A program made the translations under genes and the position numbers. The notes below the pieces were generated by a model. That model saw nothing but the letters and a program-made list of their open reading frames with translations, was not told where the DNA came from and searched no databases. A stretch of DNA of 64,000 nucleotides from a bacterium (GTDB lineage Bacteria > Patescibacteriota > Minisyncoccia > JAHIHE01): the NCBI GenBank assembly GCA_030693205.1, contig JAUYBG010000010.1, positions 130,059 through 194,058 on the forward strand, written 5' to 3'. This document shows positions 40,857-51,177 of this stretch, one piece after another. Each line of letters starts with the position of its first letter. Position 1 is the stretch's first letter.

Positions 40857-41168
40857 TAGTTGACGTCAGCACTCTACGACTTGCCATAAAGCAGATTTAA
40901 TATAGCCGACGAAGACGCGAGGCCTTGATAAGCCGATTAAATACTGTGCTTTATGGAAATGAAACGGACCTCCATTTCTTGATCGAATCCATTTCCTCTT
41001 ACTATTTTTATCGTATTTATAGAGTGCGAAGATTTTTTAGTTTAAAATTAAATTGATCTTAAACTCGATTTTAAACAGTAAGAGAAAAATACCGGCCTCT
41101 TTCCCATTTCAATATTTATCTAAACCGTGAAGCGGGCAAATTTCTATTACTCTTTATTGGCAAATATG

Positions 41169-41197
41169 ATTATACCACTATATTTTTTAATTTTCAA
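41169..41197 (-). promoter_or_regulatory. Sigma70 promoter facing an ORF-free region
   Basis: TTGAAA-17nt-TATAAT on the minus strand. Confidence 0.6.
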
Positions 41198-41345
41198 GGG
41201 CAATAAGTGTATAACTTTTTAAATAAATACTTCTTGGCTTATCCTCAAACTCTCAAATATCAGTTTAAAAGCAACGGAAGGCCTTTCTTTTTATGACAAT
41301 ATAGTATATAATGGATAAATTGATAATTTCTTAATCAGCGAAGCT

Positions 41346-41840
41346 ATGTCTTCGGACTCTATTTTTTTATTAATGGCAAACCCCTTTATTCAATTGATCT
41401 TTTTCCTGTTTTTATTTTTTTTAAACATAACATTGCTGATAACGTTCCTCTCGCTTAAAAAAAAGATCGGTTTTTTCTTGCAAGGAAAAGACGCCAAGAA
41501 CCTGGAAGAATCGATAGGCAACCTGATCGGCGATACCGCCTTTTTACAGCTAAAACTAAAAAAAATATCTCAAAAACAAGACAAGCAAGAAAAAATACTC
41601 TCTACGGCTATTAAAAAAATTGGCATTGTCCGGTTTAATCCTTTTAACAACACCGGCGGAGACCAGAGTTTTGCCATTGCCTTTTTAAATTCAGAAAATT
41701 CCGGAATTATAATTTCCAGTTTATTCTTAAGAGAAGGAACCCGCATATACGCAAAACCGATCAATAGATTAAAATCTTCTTACCTCTTATCAAAAGAAGA
41801 GGAAGAAGCGATCAAAAAAGCGACTGAAAGCGCCATCTAA
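41346..41840 (+). CDS. DUF4446-like membrane protein
   Basis: GIVRFNPFNNTGGDQSFAIA..TRIYAKP motif. Confidence 0.8.
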   Translation: MSSDSIFLLMANPFIQLIFFLFLFFLNITLLITFLSLKKKIGFFLQGKDAKNLEESIGNLIGDTAFLQLKLKKISQKQDKQEKILSTAIKKIGIVRFNPFNNTGGDQSFAIAFLNSENSGIIISSLFLREGTRIYAKPINRLKSSYLLSKEEEEAIKKATESAI

Positions 41841-41863
41841 AATATTTAAGCATCCCTGAAAAC

Positions 41864-43534
41864 ATGGCCGTAAAAAAAACCAAAACCAAACAAACAAACA
41901 AAAGTGTTTTATCTCCGCGCCCGCCTATCGTAGTGGTTATCGGGCATGTTGATCATGGAAAAACCACTCTTTTGGATTATATCAAAAAAACAAATCTGGC
42001 CGCCAAGGAAGTGGGCGGGATCACGCAAAAGATCGGAGCCTATGAGGCGGAAATAGAAAAAAAGGACGGGAAAAAAGCGAGCATCACCTTCCTGGACACT
42101 CCGGGGCACGAAGCTTTCTCCGGCATGCGAAAACACGGGATAAAAGGAGCGGATATCGCTATCCTTGTCGTGGCGGTGGACGATGGCGTCCAGCCTCAAA
42201 CAAAAGAAGCGATAAAGTTCGCGGAAGAAGCCAAGCTTCCAATGGTTGTCGCTTTAAATAAAATTGACCGGCCCCAAGCCGATATCGCCAGAACAAAAAG
42301 CCAGCTATCCGAAGCGGGGGTTCTTACCGAAGACTGGGGAGGACAAACTCTAAGCGTAGAAATTTCGGCCAAAAGCGGCCAGGGAGTAAAAGAACTCTTG
42401 GAATCTGTTCTGCTTTTGACGGAAATGAATGAAATAAACGCAAATCCCGACGATAAAGCCACGGGAATAGTTTTGGAAACAAAGGCTGATCCCAGAAAAG
42501 GGATTTTAACGACTTTTTTGGTTAAAAACGGAACATTAAAATTAAGAGATACTGTTGTTTCTGGCGTATGCATTGGGAAAATTAAAAGAATGGAAAACTT
42601 TCTTGGGAAAAGCGTCACAATGGCTCCCCCTTCAACCCCGGTGGTGGTAATGGGAATGGAAAATATACCCCAACCGGGACAGCTTTTTACCGCTTTTAAA
42701 AATTCCGATGACGCGAAGAAAGCCGTCTTGGGCGCTCGCCGCGAACTGACAGAATTGGAGCAAGCCGAAAAAGAAGAACTCGCAAAAAGAGAAGAGGCTT
42801 TTGCTAAAGAACAAAAGGAAATGGCTCAATCGCCGGAAACGGGAAAAGCTGAGAAAAAATCCGCCCAAGATGGATCCGCCTCAGACGGAGAAAAGAAATC
42901 CGCCAAACCTCTTAATATTTTATTAAAAGCCGATTCCCGAGGAACAATGGAAGCCATTGATTCGATATTAAGCAATCTTAGTTTTAAAGAAATAGACTTG
43001 CATATAACCAAAAAACCTGTTGGCGATATCAATGAAAACGATGTAAAAGAAGCGAGCATTACCAATTCGGTGATAATCGGGTTCAATTCTGCCGTTCCAG
43101 CGTCGGTAAGCGATCTGGCAAAGCAAAAAAAAGTAAAAATAGTTACCGATACGATCGTCTACAAACTGATCGAGGAAGTTAAAAATTTAGCCGCTTCGCT
43201 TTTACCGCCTAAAATAATTAAAACAACGATCGGAAAACTCCAGGTGGTAGCCATTTTTAAAACTAAAAAAGCGGCCGGGGATAACTTTGAAATCGTTTTT
43301 GGCGCCAAAGTGCTCGACGGAAAAATAATAAATGGAGCGGGCATAGAAATATTCCATAATAAAATTTCCACCGGCACCGGCAAAGTGGTAGAATTGCAAT
43401 TCAATAAGGAAATTTCAAAAGAGGTCGCCAAGCCCAACAATGCCGGCATTCATTACCGGGGAAACGCCAACGTTGAAATGAATGATCTTATTGAAGCTTA
43501 CACTGAAGAATCCATCAAGCAAAAATTAGAATAA
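41864..43534 (+). CDS. infB: Translation initiation factor IF-2 (short form)
   Basis: GHVDHGKTTLLD, GGITQKIGAY, DTPGHEAF and NKID motifs. Confidence 0.96.
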   Translation: MAVKKTKTKQTNKSVLSPRPPIVVVIGHVDHGKTTLLDYIKKTNLAAKEVGGITQKIGAYEAEIEKKDGKKASITFLDTPGHEAFSGMRKHGIKGADIAILVVAVDDGVQPQTKEAIKFAEEAKLPMVVALNKIDRPQADIARTKSQLSEAGVLTEDWGGQTLSVEISAKSGQGVKELLESVLLLTEMNEINANPDDKATGIVLETKADPRKGILTTFLVKNGTLKLRDTVVSGVCIGKIKRMENFLGKSVTMAPPSTPVVVMGMENIPQPGQLFTAFKNSDDAKKAVLGARRELTELEQAEKEELAKREEAFAKEQKEMAQSPETGKAEKKSAQDGSASDGEKKSAKPLNILLKADSRGTMEAIDSILSNLSFKEIDLHITKKPVGDINENDVKEASITNSVIIGFNSAVPASVSDLAKQKKVKIVTDTIVYKLIEEVKNLAASLLPPKIIKTTIGKLQVVAIFKTKKAAGDNFEIVFGAKVLDGKIINGAGIEIFHNKISTGTGKVVELQFNKEISKEVAKPNNAGIHYRGNANVEMNDLIEAYTEESIKQKLE

Positions 43535-43591
43535 CGCGTTTGATCCGTTATTTAAAAAACGCGTAAATATTTTTATAATGCCTATAGTTTT

Positions 43592-43948
43592 ATGACCAGA
43601 AGAATAGAAAAAATCAACAAGCTCTTGGCCCAGGAAGTTTCTAGGCTTTTTTTGACTGAGATCGATTTCCCGGAAGGAATTTTCGTTACTGTCGGCAGTG
43701 TTGACACTTCGCCGGATTTAAAGTATGCTGATATATTGGTCGCTATAATTCCGGACAACAAAACCGGCACCGCGCTGGGCATAATCAGAAAAAAAATTTA
43801 TAAAATACAAAAAGCCCTTGATCGCCGGCTGGAAATGCGGCCCGTGCCGAAACTGAGATTTTCTCCCGCCGCCACGGAGCCGGACAGAATAAGCGAGCTT
43901 TTCCAAAAGATCAAAGAAGAAGAAAAACCGGAAGAAATAAAAGAATAG
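43592..43948 (+). CDS. rbfA: Ribosome-binding factor A
   Basis: Follows infB; TSPDLKYA and RPVPKLRF motifs. Confidence 0.9.
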   Translation: MTRRIEKINKLLAQEVSRLFLTEIDFPEGIFVTVGSVDTSPDLKYADILVAIIPDNKTGTALGIIRKKIYKIQKALDRRLEMRPVPKLRFSPAATEPDRISELFQKIKEEEKPEEIKE

Positions 43949-43982
43949 CGATTCCAGCGACATAATAAACCAATCAGTTAAT

Positions 43983-45005
43983 ATGGATTTTTTATCAAAA
44001 CCTGTCCTGGCCGAAAAAGACAGCTTACTGTTAGAAAAAATAAAACAAAAAATATCCGATTTTCAGAATTTTAATATTTTCACCCATAAAAATCCGGACG
44101 GCGATGCTGTCGGCTCGATCCTTGCCCTGTATCAGATCCTGGCCGCGAAAGGCAAAAACGCAAGAATGTTTATTTTTGACTCGGCGGACGAACGTTTTTC
44201 TTTTTTCCCAAACTTTGAAAAAATAGAAATCACAAAAAAACCGGAACTTTTGGACAACGCTTTGACAATTTATGTTGACTGCGCCGGGCCTGATCGCACC
44301 GGATTTGAAGAAAAATTTTTCTCCGGCAAGGAGGCTATTGCCATAGACCATCACCTGACCAACGTCCAAAAAAAGCCTGATATGGTCAAGCTCATCAACC
44401 CCGGCGCATCTTCGTCGGCCGAAGTTATTTTTGATCTGGCAACACAATTGGACTGGCCGATGGGACTGGAAACTTCTACCTGTCTTCTGGGCGGATTATT
44501 GGCAGACACCGGCACTTTCCGGCATTCGAACACCTCGCCAAAAGCTCTCCAGATCGTATCCCTTCTGATTAAAAAAGGCACTAATCTAAAAAAAATAGCG
44601 GAGCAATTATTCAAAAAAAGAAAGTTCGGCGGCTCCTTAAAAATATGGGGAGAAGTTCTGAGCCGGGCAGCCGTGGACCCTCAAACCAAGATGGCTTTTT
44701 CTTTTGTCTCGCAAGATGATCTGAAAAAATACGATTCCGATGAAAACGAGCTAAGCGGATTGATAAACTTGCTGGCGGAAATACCGGAAAGCAGATTCTC
44801 GCTTCTGCTGACAGAAACCAGGTTGGGAAAAATAAAAGGAAGCATGCGCTCGGAGCTTTACAAAGGCGTGGATGTGGCAAAGATCGCCCAGGCTTTCGGC
44901 GGAGGCGGCCATAAATTAGCTGCCGGATTTGAAGTAGAAGGAAAAATCGGGGAAAAAGAAAAGGAAATAAAAGAAAAAATTCGGGAAGAATTGCTGAAAC
45001 AATAA
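43983..45005 (+). CDS. nrnA: DHH/DHHA1 oligoribonuclease/pAp phosphatase
   Basis: HKNPDGDA, IDHH, DTGTF and GGGGH motifs. Confidence 0.92.
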   Translation: MDFLSKPVLAEKDSLLLEKIKQKISDFQNFNIFTHKNPDGDAVGSILALYQILAAKGKNARMFIFDSADERFSFFPNFEKIEITKKPELLDNALTIYVDCAGPDRTGFEEKFFSGKEAIAIDHHLTNVQKKPDMVKLINPGASSSAEVIFDLATQLDWPMGLETSTCLLGGLLADTGTFRHSNTSPKALQIVSLLIKKGTNLKKIAEQLFKKRKFGGSLKIWGEVLSRAAVDPQTKMAFSFVSQDDLKKYDSDENELSGLINLLAEIPESRFSLLLTETRLGKIKGSMRSELYKGVDVAKIAQAFGGGGHKLAAGFEVEGKIGEKEKEIKEKIREELLKQ

Positions 45006-45085
45006 TTTATTTTTTACGGATACGGCGCAAGGCGCATCTTGAATTTTTTATCAAATAAGCTTAGAATATAGAATATTGTAATCAA

Positions 45086-45159
45086 GGCCACGTAGCCAAG
45101 TGGTAAGGCAGGAGTCTGCAAAACTCTTATCGGCAGTTCGATTCTGCCCGTGGCCTCCA
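45086..45159 (+). tRNA. tRNA-Cys(GCA)
   Basis: Cloverleaf, anticodon loop CTGCAAA, GTTCGATT, encoded CCA. Confidence 0.95.
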
Positions 45160-45182
45160 AACACAAAATCATATGTAAATTT

Positions 45183-45266
45183 GCCGCGGTGGCGGAACTG
45201 GCAGACGCAATGGACTTAAAATCCATCGATCGCAAGGTCATGAGGGTTCGATTCCCTCCCGCGGCA
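45183..45266 (+). tRNA. tRNA-Leu(TAA)
   Basis: Cloverleaf with a long variable arm; anticodon loop CTTAAAA. Confidence 0.95.
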
Positions 45267-45277
45267 CAAAAATAATC

Positions 45278-46795
45278 ATGGCTAAAAACAATCCAGTCGA
45301 CACAACCGCTTCAATTTGCCCGGAATGCCTAAAAAACATACCGGCTGACATCGTTGAAAAGGCGGGAAAAATACTTTTTAAAAAACATTGTCCCGCTCAC
45401 GGCGACTTCGAAGACATTTATTGGTCCGATTCCGCGCTTTATAAGAAATATAAAAAATTCGCTTGCGACGGGGAAGGCGTATCCAATCCCAATACTAAGA
45501 AAAAAAAAGATTGCCCAAACAGCTGCGGTCTCTGCGCCGACCATAAGACCGGCACGCTTCTGGCAAACATAGATCTGACTAATCGTTGCAACCAAAAATG
45601 CCCGATCTGTTTTGCTAATTCCGCCGTTGCCGGATATTTATATGAACCGAGTTTTCAGCAAGTTAAAAAAATGATGGAAACGCTGCGAAACGAAAAACCC
45701 GTTCCCTGCGATGCTGTTCAGTTCTCAGGAGGAGAACCGACTCTCTACCCCGATTTTATAAAAGTTCTTAAGCTTGCCAAAAAAATGGGGTTCGAGCAGA
45801 TCCAAGTCGCCACTAACGGGGTAAGGGCGTCGCAGGATTTGAATTTTTGCAAAGAAATGGCCAAGGCCGGAATAAATACGATCTATTTCCAATTCGACGG
45901 CCTAAAACCGGAAACTTATCGAAAAATAAGAGGATATAATGCCTTGCCGACCAAGTTAAAAGCTTTGGAAAACTTCCGCTTATCCGGCCTCGACAGTGTT
46001 GTCCTGGTGCCTACTATCGTTAAAGGCGTCAACGATGACCAGATCGGCGACATTATTGATTTTGCTAAAAAAAATTCTGACATAGTGACAACTGTAAATT
46101 TCCAGCCGGTTTCATTTTCGGGCCGAATCGACAGCAAAAAGCTAAAAAAACAAAGGGTTACCGTTCCCGATGTTCTGGACTTAATTGAAAAACAAACAAA
46201 AGAACAAATACAGAAAGAAGACTTTTATCCTATCCCTTTCGTCGTCCCAATTTCTTCTTTTACTGAAATATGGAAAAAATCTCCCCAGGTAAAGTTCACC
46301 GTTCACCCGCACTGCGGAGCAGCCACTTATGTTTACATACGCAACAATAAACTCTTGCCTATTACCAGATTTATCAATGTTGAAAAATTTTTAAACTTGA
46401 TCAAGAAAACAGCCCAAAGCCTCAGCAATCAAGGGTTTATAAACCGAATGACCAATAATGATAAATTTGACAAAGCGGCAGCAGTCGCAAAAATCACCAA
46501 TCATCTTCCTGAAATGATCAGACCGGGAATGTATTCCGAAGGATTGAAGATTTTAAACGAAATAATCGAAATCATCCGGTCGGGGTCGTCTCCCGCTTTG
46601 AAAAAATTCCACCGAAACACGCTCTTTATCGGCATTATGCATTTTATGGATCCTTATAATTTTGACGTTGAACGCGTCAAGCGATGCGGCATTCATTATG
46701 TTACGCCGAATATGAAAATAATTCCCTTTTGCGCTTATAATATTTTCTACCGGGAAAAAACCGAAAAACTTTTTTCAAAACCAATTAAAAAATAA
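45278..46795 (+). CDS. tes: Radical SAM enzyme, tetraether lipid synthase (Tes/GDGT-MAS, MJ0619) family
   Basis: SICPEC..HCPAHGDF, CPNSCGLCADHK, LANIDLTNRCNQKCPICFAN, QFSGGEPT, YFQFDG, VVLVPT, NFQPVSFSGR, HPHCG and MHFMDPYNFDVERVKRCGIHY..IIPFCAYN, in the order recalled for MJ0619. Confidence 0.85.
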   Translation: MAKNNPVDTTASICPECLKNIPADIVEKAGKILFKKHCPAHGDFEDIYWSDSALYKKYKKFACDGEGVSNPNTKKKKDCPNSCGLCADHKTGTLLANIDLTNRCNQKCPICFANSAVAGYLYEPSFQQVKKMMETLRNEKPVPCDAVQFSGGEPTLYPDFIKVLKLAKKMGFEQIQVATNGVRASQDLNFCKEMAKAGINTIYFQFDGLKPETYRKIRGYNALPTKLKALENFRLSGLDSVVLVPTIVKGVNDDQIGDIIDFAKKNSDIVTTVNFQPVSFSGRIDSKKLKKQRVTVPDVLDLIEKQTKEQIQKEDFYPIPFVVPISSFTEIWKKSPQVKFTVHPHCGAATYVYIRNNKLLPITRFINVEKFLNLIKKTAQSLSNQGFINRMTNNDKFDKAAAVAKITNHLPEMIRPGMYSEGLKILNEIIEIIRSGSSPALKKFHRNTLFIGIMHFMDPYNFDVERVKRCGIHYVTPNMKIIPFCAYNIFYREKTEKLFSKPIKK

Positions 46796-46842
46796 ACCTG
46801 CCGACATGTTCTAAAAAGATAGCCAAATAATTTGATATTATT

Positions 46843-49026
46843 ATGCTACAATTGCTTACTGCTATTATTTTTTATATTTTTACCGTTTTATCCGTTTTTT
46901 GGGAACCGGTGATCAATAAATTCGGTTCTATCCAGTGGGACGCGGTTAATGTCCATTTTTTTAATTTATTTTTTTCTTCGGAAACATGGAACAAAGGATT
47001 TCTCCCTCTGTGGACGCCTTATATCTTCGCCGGTTTCCCGCAAATTGCCGACCTTCAAGTCGCCTTTTTTTATCCCATAAATCTCCTTATAGGCATATTC
47101 TCTATTTTTACCCCGGAGCTGATTATGCACCAAATAATTCTGCATTATTTTTTCGCCGGCTTTTTTGCCTTTCTCCTGGCCAGATATTTAAGCAAAAATT
47201 TTTGGTTCAGCCTCGCCGCAGGAATAGTTTATTCTTTCGGCGGATTTATGGCGGCGCACGCTTCGCATGTCGGCATGCAGAACACCGCTTCATGGCTTCC
47301 TTTGATCTTTTTATTTTTAATAATCGCCTTAAAAAAAGCGAAAACTTCCTATGCCGCGCTTGGCGGATTATTTTTGAGTTTTGCGATTCTCGCCGGACAT
47401 TTTCAAATGTCCCTCTATATCGCCTACGCTATCGCTTTTTATTTTATCTTCGACGTCGCATGGACAATTGCCGGCAGTGATGATAAAACAGACAATAAAA
47501 AAATCCTTTATTCGGTTTTACACAAAGTCCAGATTGTTTCGATAATTTATATTATCGCTTTTCTTATTTCAGCCATACAGCTTTTACCCACCTATGAACT
47601 GACGCAGCAATCAAACCGCGCCAAAATTACCCTGGAAATGTCTCAAACCGAAAGTTTAAACCCCAAGAGCCTGAAAAGCCTTATCGAGCCGAATTATAAC
47701 AATGTATCCTATGGCGCGCCTTATACGGGACCGTGGGACAGAACGCAAAATTATCTCTATCTTGGCAGCGCTATAATTATGCTGGCCGCTCTGGGAGCGA
47801 TCATTGGAATTTTTTATCGCAGCACGCGCAAAATGACGCTTTTCTGGCTTACGCTTTTAATTCTTAGCCTATTCTATAGTTTTGGCGAATTTGGATTTTT
47901 ACAAAAATATTTTTACCGCTTTGCGCCGTTTTTTGACAAAATACGCGCACCAGCCAATATGATGCTGCTTTTTAATCTTTCCGTTATCGGGCTTGCGTCA
48001 TCTTTTTTTGCGATAATCAATAATTTTTTTTCAAAACTCGAAAATCCTCCGGCAGCGGAAAAAACACGATCAACGCATAATTTTTTATATGTTTTCGGTA
48101 AAATATTCTTTAAGCGCGCGCCCGCTTTTTTGGGAATAATATCCTTCCTGATAATTGCGCAGGAAATTTTACCCGCTGCCGAACTTAATACTTTGCTTTA
48201 TAGCCGCCAAAAGACCAGCGAGGTTTTCGCCGTCCCGCCCATCGCCCTGAAAATAGCGGATGAATACAGCCGCCTCGATGAAATTAATAAATTCAGAATT
48301 TTCAAAGTATCCGGACTCGATTCCAACTCAACCCAGATGCGCCATATTTTTGCCTTTGACGGATACAACCCCCTTTCGCTCAGGCGCCACGCGAACTACA
48401 CGGACGCCATGGTAAAAAACGCGAGGTTGATCGACCTCGCGGGCATAAAATATTTACCCTGCGAATTCATAGCCAGTCGGGCGACCGATCTCGAAAAAAT
48501 CGGAACGCTCTGCGTAAATAAAAATTATTCCAAACTTGCATTTTTTATCGATGATTATATACTCGCTGAAAACGAAACGGAATCTTTACAAAAGACACAA
48601 GAGGTTGACCTGGAAAAAATCATCGTACTGGAAGAAACCCCCGAGAAAAAAACCAATGGCGAGAATTATCCCAAAAATGACCTGCCGGAAAAAACCAATG
48701 AAATATCGGTCGTTGAGTTTCACCCGGGTTTTTGGCGCTTGGCGGTAAAAAACGACAAAAGCGCTTTTTTGTTCTTAAGTCAGGCAAACTATCCGGGGTG
48801 GACCGCAAAAATAGACGATCTACCGGTAAAAATATATCAAGCGGATTATCTTTTCCAGGCTGTCTTTGTTCCTGGCGGAAAACACGAAATAATCATAAAA
48901 TATGAACCCAGGCCATTGATAATTGGAACAATATTGACTATAATTGGTCTATCGTCTGTTTTCCTCATCGTGCTATATGATTTCTGCAAAAAAAGAAAAT
49001 CCCTTAAAAGACTCAGCGGAAACTAA
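46843..49026 (+). CDS. YfhO-like membrane glycosyltransferase (GT-C)
   Basis: PLWTPYIFAGFP, many TM helices, SQANYPGWTA..VPGGKHEI motif. Confidence 0.8.
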   Translation: MLQLLTAIIFYIFTVLSVFWEPVINKFGSIQWDAVNVHFFNLFFSSETWNKGFLPLWTPYIFAGFPQIADLQVAFFYPINLLIGIFSIFTPELIMHQIILHYFFAGFFAFLLARYLSKNFWFSLAAGIVYSFGGFMAAHASHVGMQNTASWLPLIFLFLIIALKKAKTSYAALGGLFLSFAILAGHFQMSLYIAYAIAFYFIFDVAWTIAGSDDKTDNKKILYSVLHKVQIVSIIYIIAFLISAIQLLPTYELTQQSNRAKITLEMSQTESLNPKSLKSLIEPNYNNVSYGAPYTGPWDRTQNYLYLGSAIIMLAALGAIIGIFYRSTRKMTLFWLTLLILSLFYSFGEFGFLQKYFYRFAPFFDKIRAPANMMLLFNLSVIGLASSFFAIINNFFSKLENPPAAEKTRSTHNFLYVFGKIFFKRAPAFLGIISFLIIAQEILPAAELNTLLYSRQKTSEVFAVPPIALKIADEYSRLDEINKFRIFKVSGLDSNSTQMRHIFAFDGYNPLSLRRHANYTDAMVKNARLIDLAGIKYLPCEFIASRATDLEKIGTLCVNKNYSKLAFFIDDYILAENETESLQKTQEVDLEKIIVLEETPEKKTNGENYPKNDLPEKTNEISVVEFHPGFWRLAVKNDKSAFLFLSQANYPGWTAKIDDLPVKIYQADYLFQAVFVPGGKHEIIIKYEPRPLIIGTILTIIGLSSVFLIVLYDFCKKRKSLKRLSGN

Positions 49027-49062
49027 CCGTTTGCACAGTCCCTTATTAATAAAACAATAAGC

Positions 49063-50145
49063 ATGAAAATTTCCAGCCAATTCAATAAATCATTGTTTTT
49101 TACCGTTACTCTGATCGTCGGAGGATTTCTTTTTATTACCATTATAGAAAAGGTCGGGGTTGAAAATATCATTAAAACCGTTTTAACCTTTCAACTCTGG
49201 CATTTTTTTGTCCTGGTGGCGCTAGGTATGATTTCGGCTCTTATTTCCACTACGCGCTGGAAACTTATCCTTGATGCTACGGGTAACACCACGCCTTTCG
49301 GAAAAGTTTTTACCGCCAGAATGATCGGCAACGCCATCAATTACCTTACCCCTTCCGGCTTATTGCTGGGCGAACCGTTCAAAGCAATGGTTCTTTCGGG
49401 AAAAACAGGATTAAGCTTGGGATCAACCATGTCTTCAGTCATAATCGAGGGGTCCATTTTTCTAAGCACTATGCTTCTGTTCATTATTGTCGGTATTTTG
49501 GCTTTTCTTTCCTATTCGGATGTTTCCCGGAAAATATTCGCCATCACTATCGGAACCTTGATCATTCTCCTGGGCGTTTTTTACCTTTTCTTTACCAAAA
49601 TGGTAAAACCATCCGGCACTGCAGCCGAAAAAGGCTTTTTTACCTACCTTATCGATCTCCTGCGTTTGCATAAAATTTCCTTTATCGACAGTTTGAAAAA
49701 TAAAATTATCCGCCGTGAAAATGAAATAAAAAACTTTTTCCAGCTCCACAAAAAAACGGTTTTTACCGCGATCTTCTTATCTGCTTTGGAAATAATGATT
49801 ACGCTTGCCGCCTCCTGGCTGACACTTTACTTTTTAGGCTTGATCGTCGAATTAAAAGCCCTGCTTGGACTTTTTTCTTTAATGAATATTTCCTATCTGG
49901 TCCCATTGCCCGGATCGCTGGGAGGGTTCGAACTTTCTCAAATCTTTGCTTTCGGATTTTTTAGCCTGGGCGGACAAGCTACCGCTCTGGCCTTTACTTT
50001 GATCACCCGCCTAACAAGCTTAGTACTTGTAGCGATAGGTATCGGCTATCTGATCCAGTTTGAGTTAATCGTCATTTTGAATAAAACCGCTGATTTTTCA
50101 ATCAAATTAAAACAAAAAATCAGAGGCTTTTTACAAAGCCTCTGA
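49063..50145 (+). CDS. Lysylphosphatidylglycerol-synthase TM / flippase-like protein (UPF0104)
   Basis: RWKLIL, NYLTPSG..GEP and PLPGSLGGFE motifs. Confidence 0.82.
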   Translation: MKISSQFNKSLFFTVTLIVGGFLFITIIEKVGVENIIKTVLTFQLWHFFVLVALGMISALISTTRWKLILDATGNTTPFGKVFTARMIGNAINYLTPSGLLLGEPFKAMVLSGKTGLSLGSTMSSVIIEGSIFLSTMLLFIIVGILAFLSYSDVSRKIFAITIGTLIILLGVFYLFFTKMVKPSGTAAEKGFFTYLIDLLRLHKISFIDSLKNKIIRRENEIKNFFQLHKKTVFTAIFLSALEIMITLAASWLTLYFLGLIVELKALLGLFSLMNISYLVPLPGSLGGFELSQIFAFGFFSLGGQATALAFTLITRLTSLVLVAIGIGYLIQFELIVILNKTADFSIKLKQKIRGFLQSL

Positions 50146-50167
50146 AATTCCAAGCGCCTCTAACGCT

Positions 50168-50869
50168 TTATCGCTCAAATTTTGCCGAATTATAAACCAC
50201 GTTTCTTGCATAGATCTGAGCCATCTTACCGCCACCATTGTGTCTGGAAATGGCATAAAGCCTATCTATCTTATAACCATTGGTTATAAGATTTTTTACT
50301 GTCCACTCGGTTGAACATTCGAAATCCATAGCGCAGGCATCGGAAACTTTATGCAATTTGGTCTGAATGTGGTACCAGCCTCTGCTTTTGCCGCCGTCCC
50401 CGGTCATTGCTTTACCGTCAAAACTTTCTTTCTCGCGCATCGCTTTTAGATCCTGCCAGCAAGGCAAGGCATATATCCCGGCAGCTTCACAAATCTTTTT
50501 GGCTAGATTATTCTTTCCTTCTTCTGAAATAGCGGTAAATTCTTCTTCTGCAACCTTTTTAGTTAAAGTCAAAACAATAACTTTATTGACCTTGTTGCTT
50601 TTTTCTATTGCTGGTTTAACAGGAACCGCGACTGTCTTATAATTTTCTTTATTTTTGCTGTCCAAATCGGCAATATTAACAAAAGAAAGATTATTTTTCC
50701 CTAAAACAAGCGGTAAAACCTCTGCTTTTTCAGAAAAACTGAAATTAAAAACATTATTCTTGCCAATATTGCTTGCAAGCGCTACTTGAGGAAAAAACAA
50801 ACCGAGCGCTAAGCCTGCCAATGAAACAGTGGCTATTGACAATTCTACGATTTTATGGTATATACTCAT
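50168..50869 (-). CDS. Secreted protein with lysozyme/transglycosylase-like C-terminus
   Basis: Signal peptide; AMREKES..GDGGKSRGWYHIQ..AISRHNGG motif. Confidence 0.6.
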   Translation of the reverse strand: MSIYHKIVELSIATVSLAGLALGLFFPQVALASNIGKNNVFNFSFSEKAEVLPLVLGKNNLSFVNIADLDSKNKENYKTVAVPVKPAIEKSNKVNKVIVLTLTKKVAEEEFTAISEEGKNNLAKKICEAAGIYALPCWQDLKAMREKESFDGKAMTGDGGKSRGWYHIQTKLHKVSDACAMDFECSTEWTVKNLITNGYKIDRLYAISRHNGGGKMAQIYARNVVYNSAKFER

Positions 50870-51106
50870 TTTAAATTATTGCGGACTAGTGTTGCTTAAT
50901 CCTTTATTAGAAACATTATTGGCCTTCCTGTGTTTAAGCTTAATTGAACCAATAAAAAAACAGCTTTTAAAAGCCTGTTATGCAACTATCAAGTATAGCA
51001 TATTATAGATTTTTGTCAAGAAGAAATAGGCATACACAAGGAAGGTAAAACTCAACAAAAAAGCAAAATTAAAAGGAGCTTAAAGCTCCTTTTAATTCAT
51101 ATTTAG

Positions 51107-51177
51107 TGGACCTAGACAGAATCGAACTGTCGTCTCCGCAATGCGAATGCGGCGTCTTACCACTGGACTATAGGCCC
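51107..51177 (-). tRNA. tRNA-Ala(CGC), copy 1
   Basis: GGGCCTA acceptor stem with G3:U70; anticodon loop TTCGCAT. Confidence 0.93.

Noticed and set aside
45014-45241. 75-aa ORF
   Set aside because: Antisense to tRNA-Cys and tRNA-Leu.
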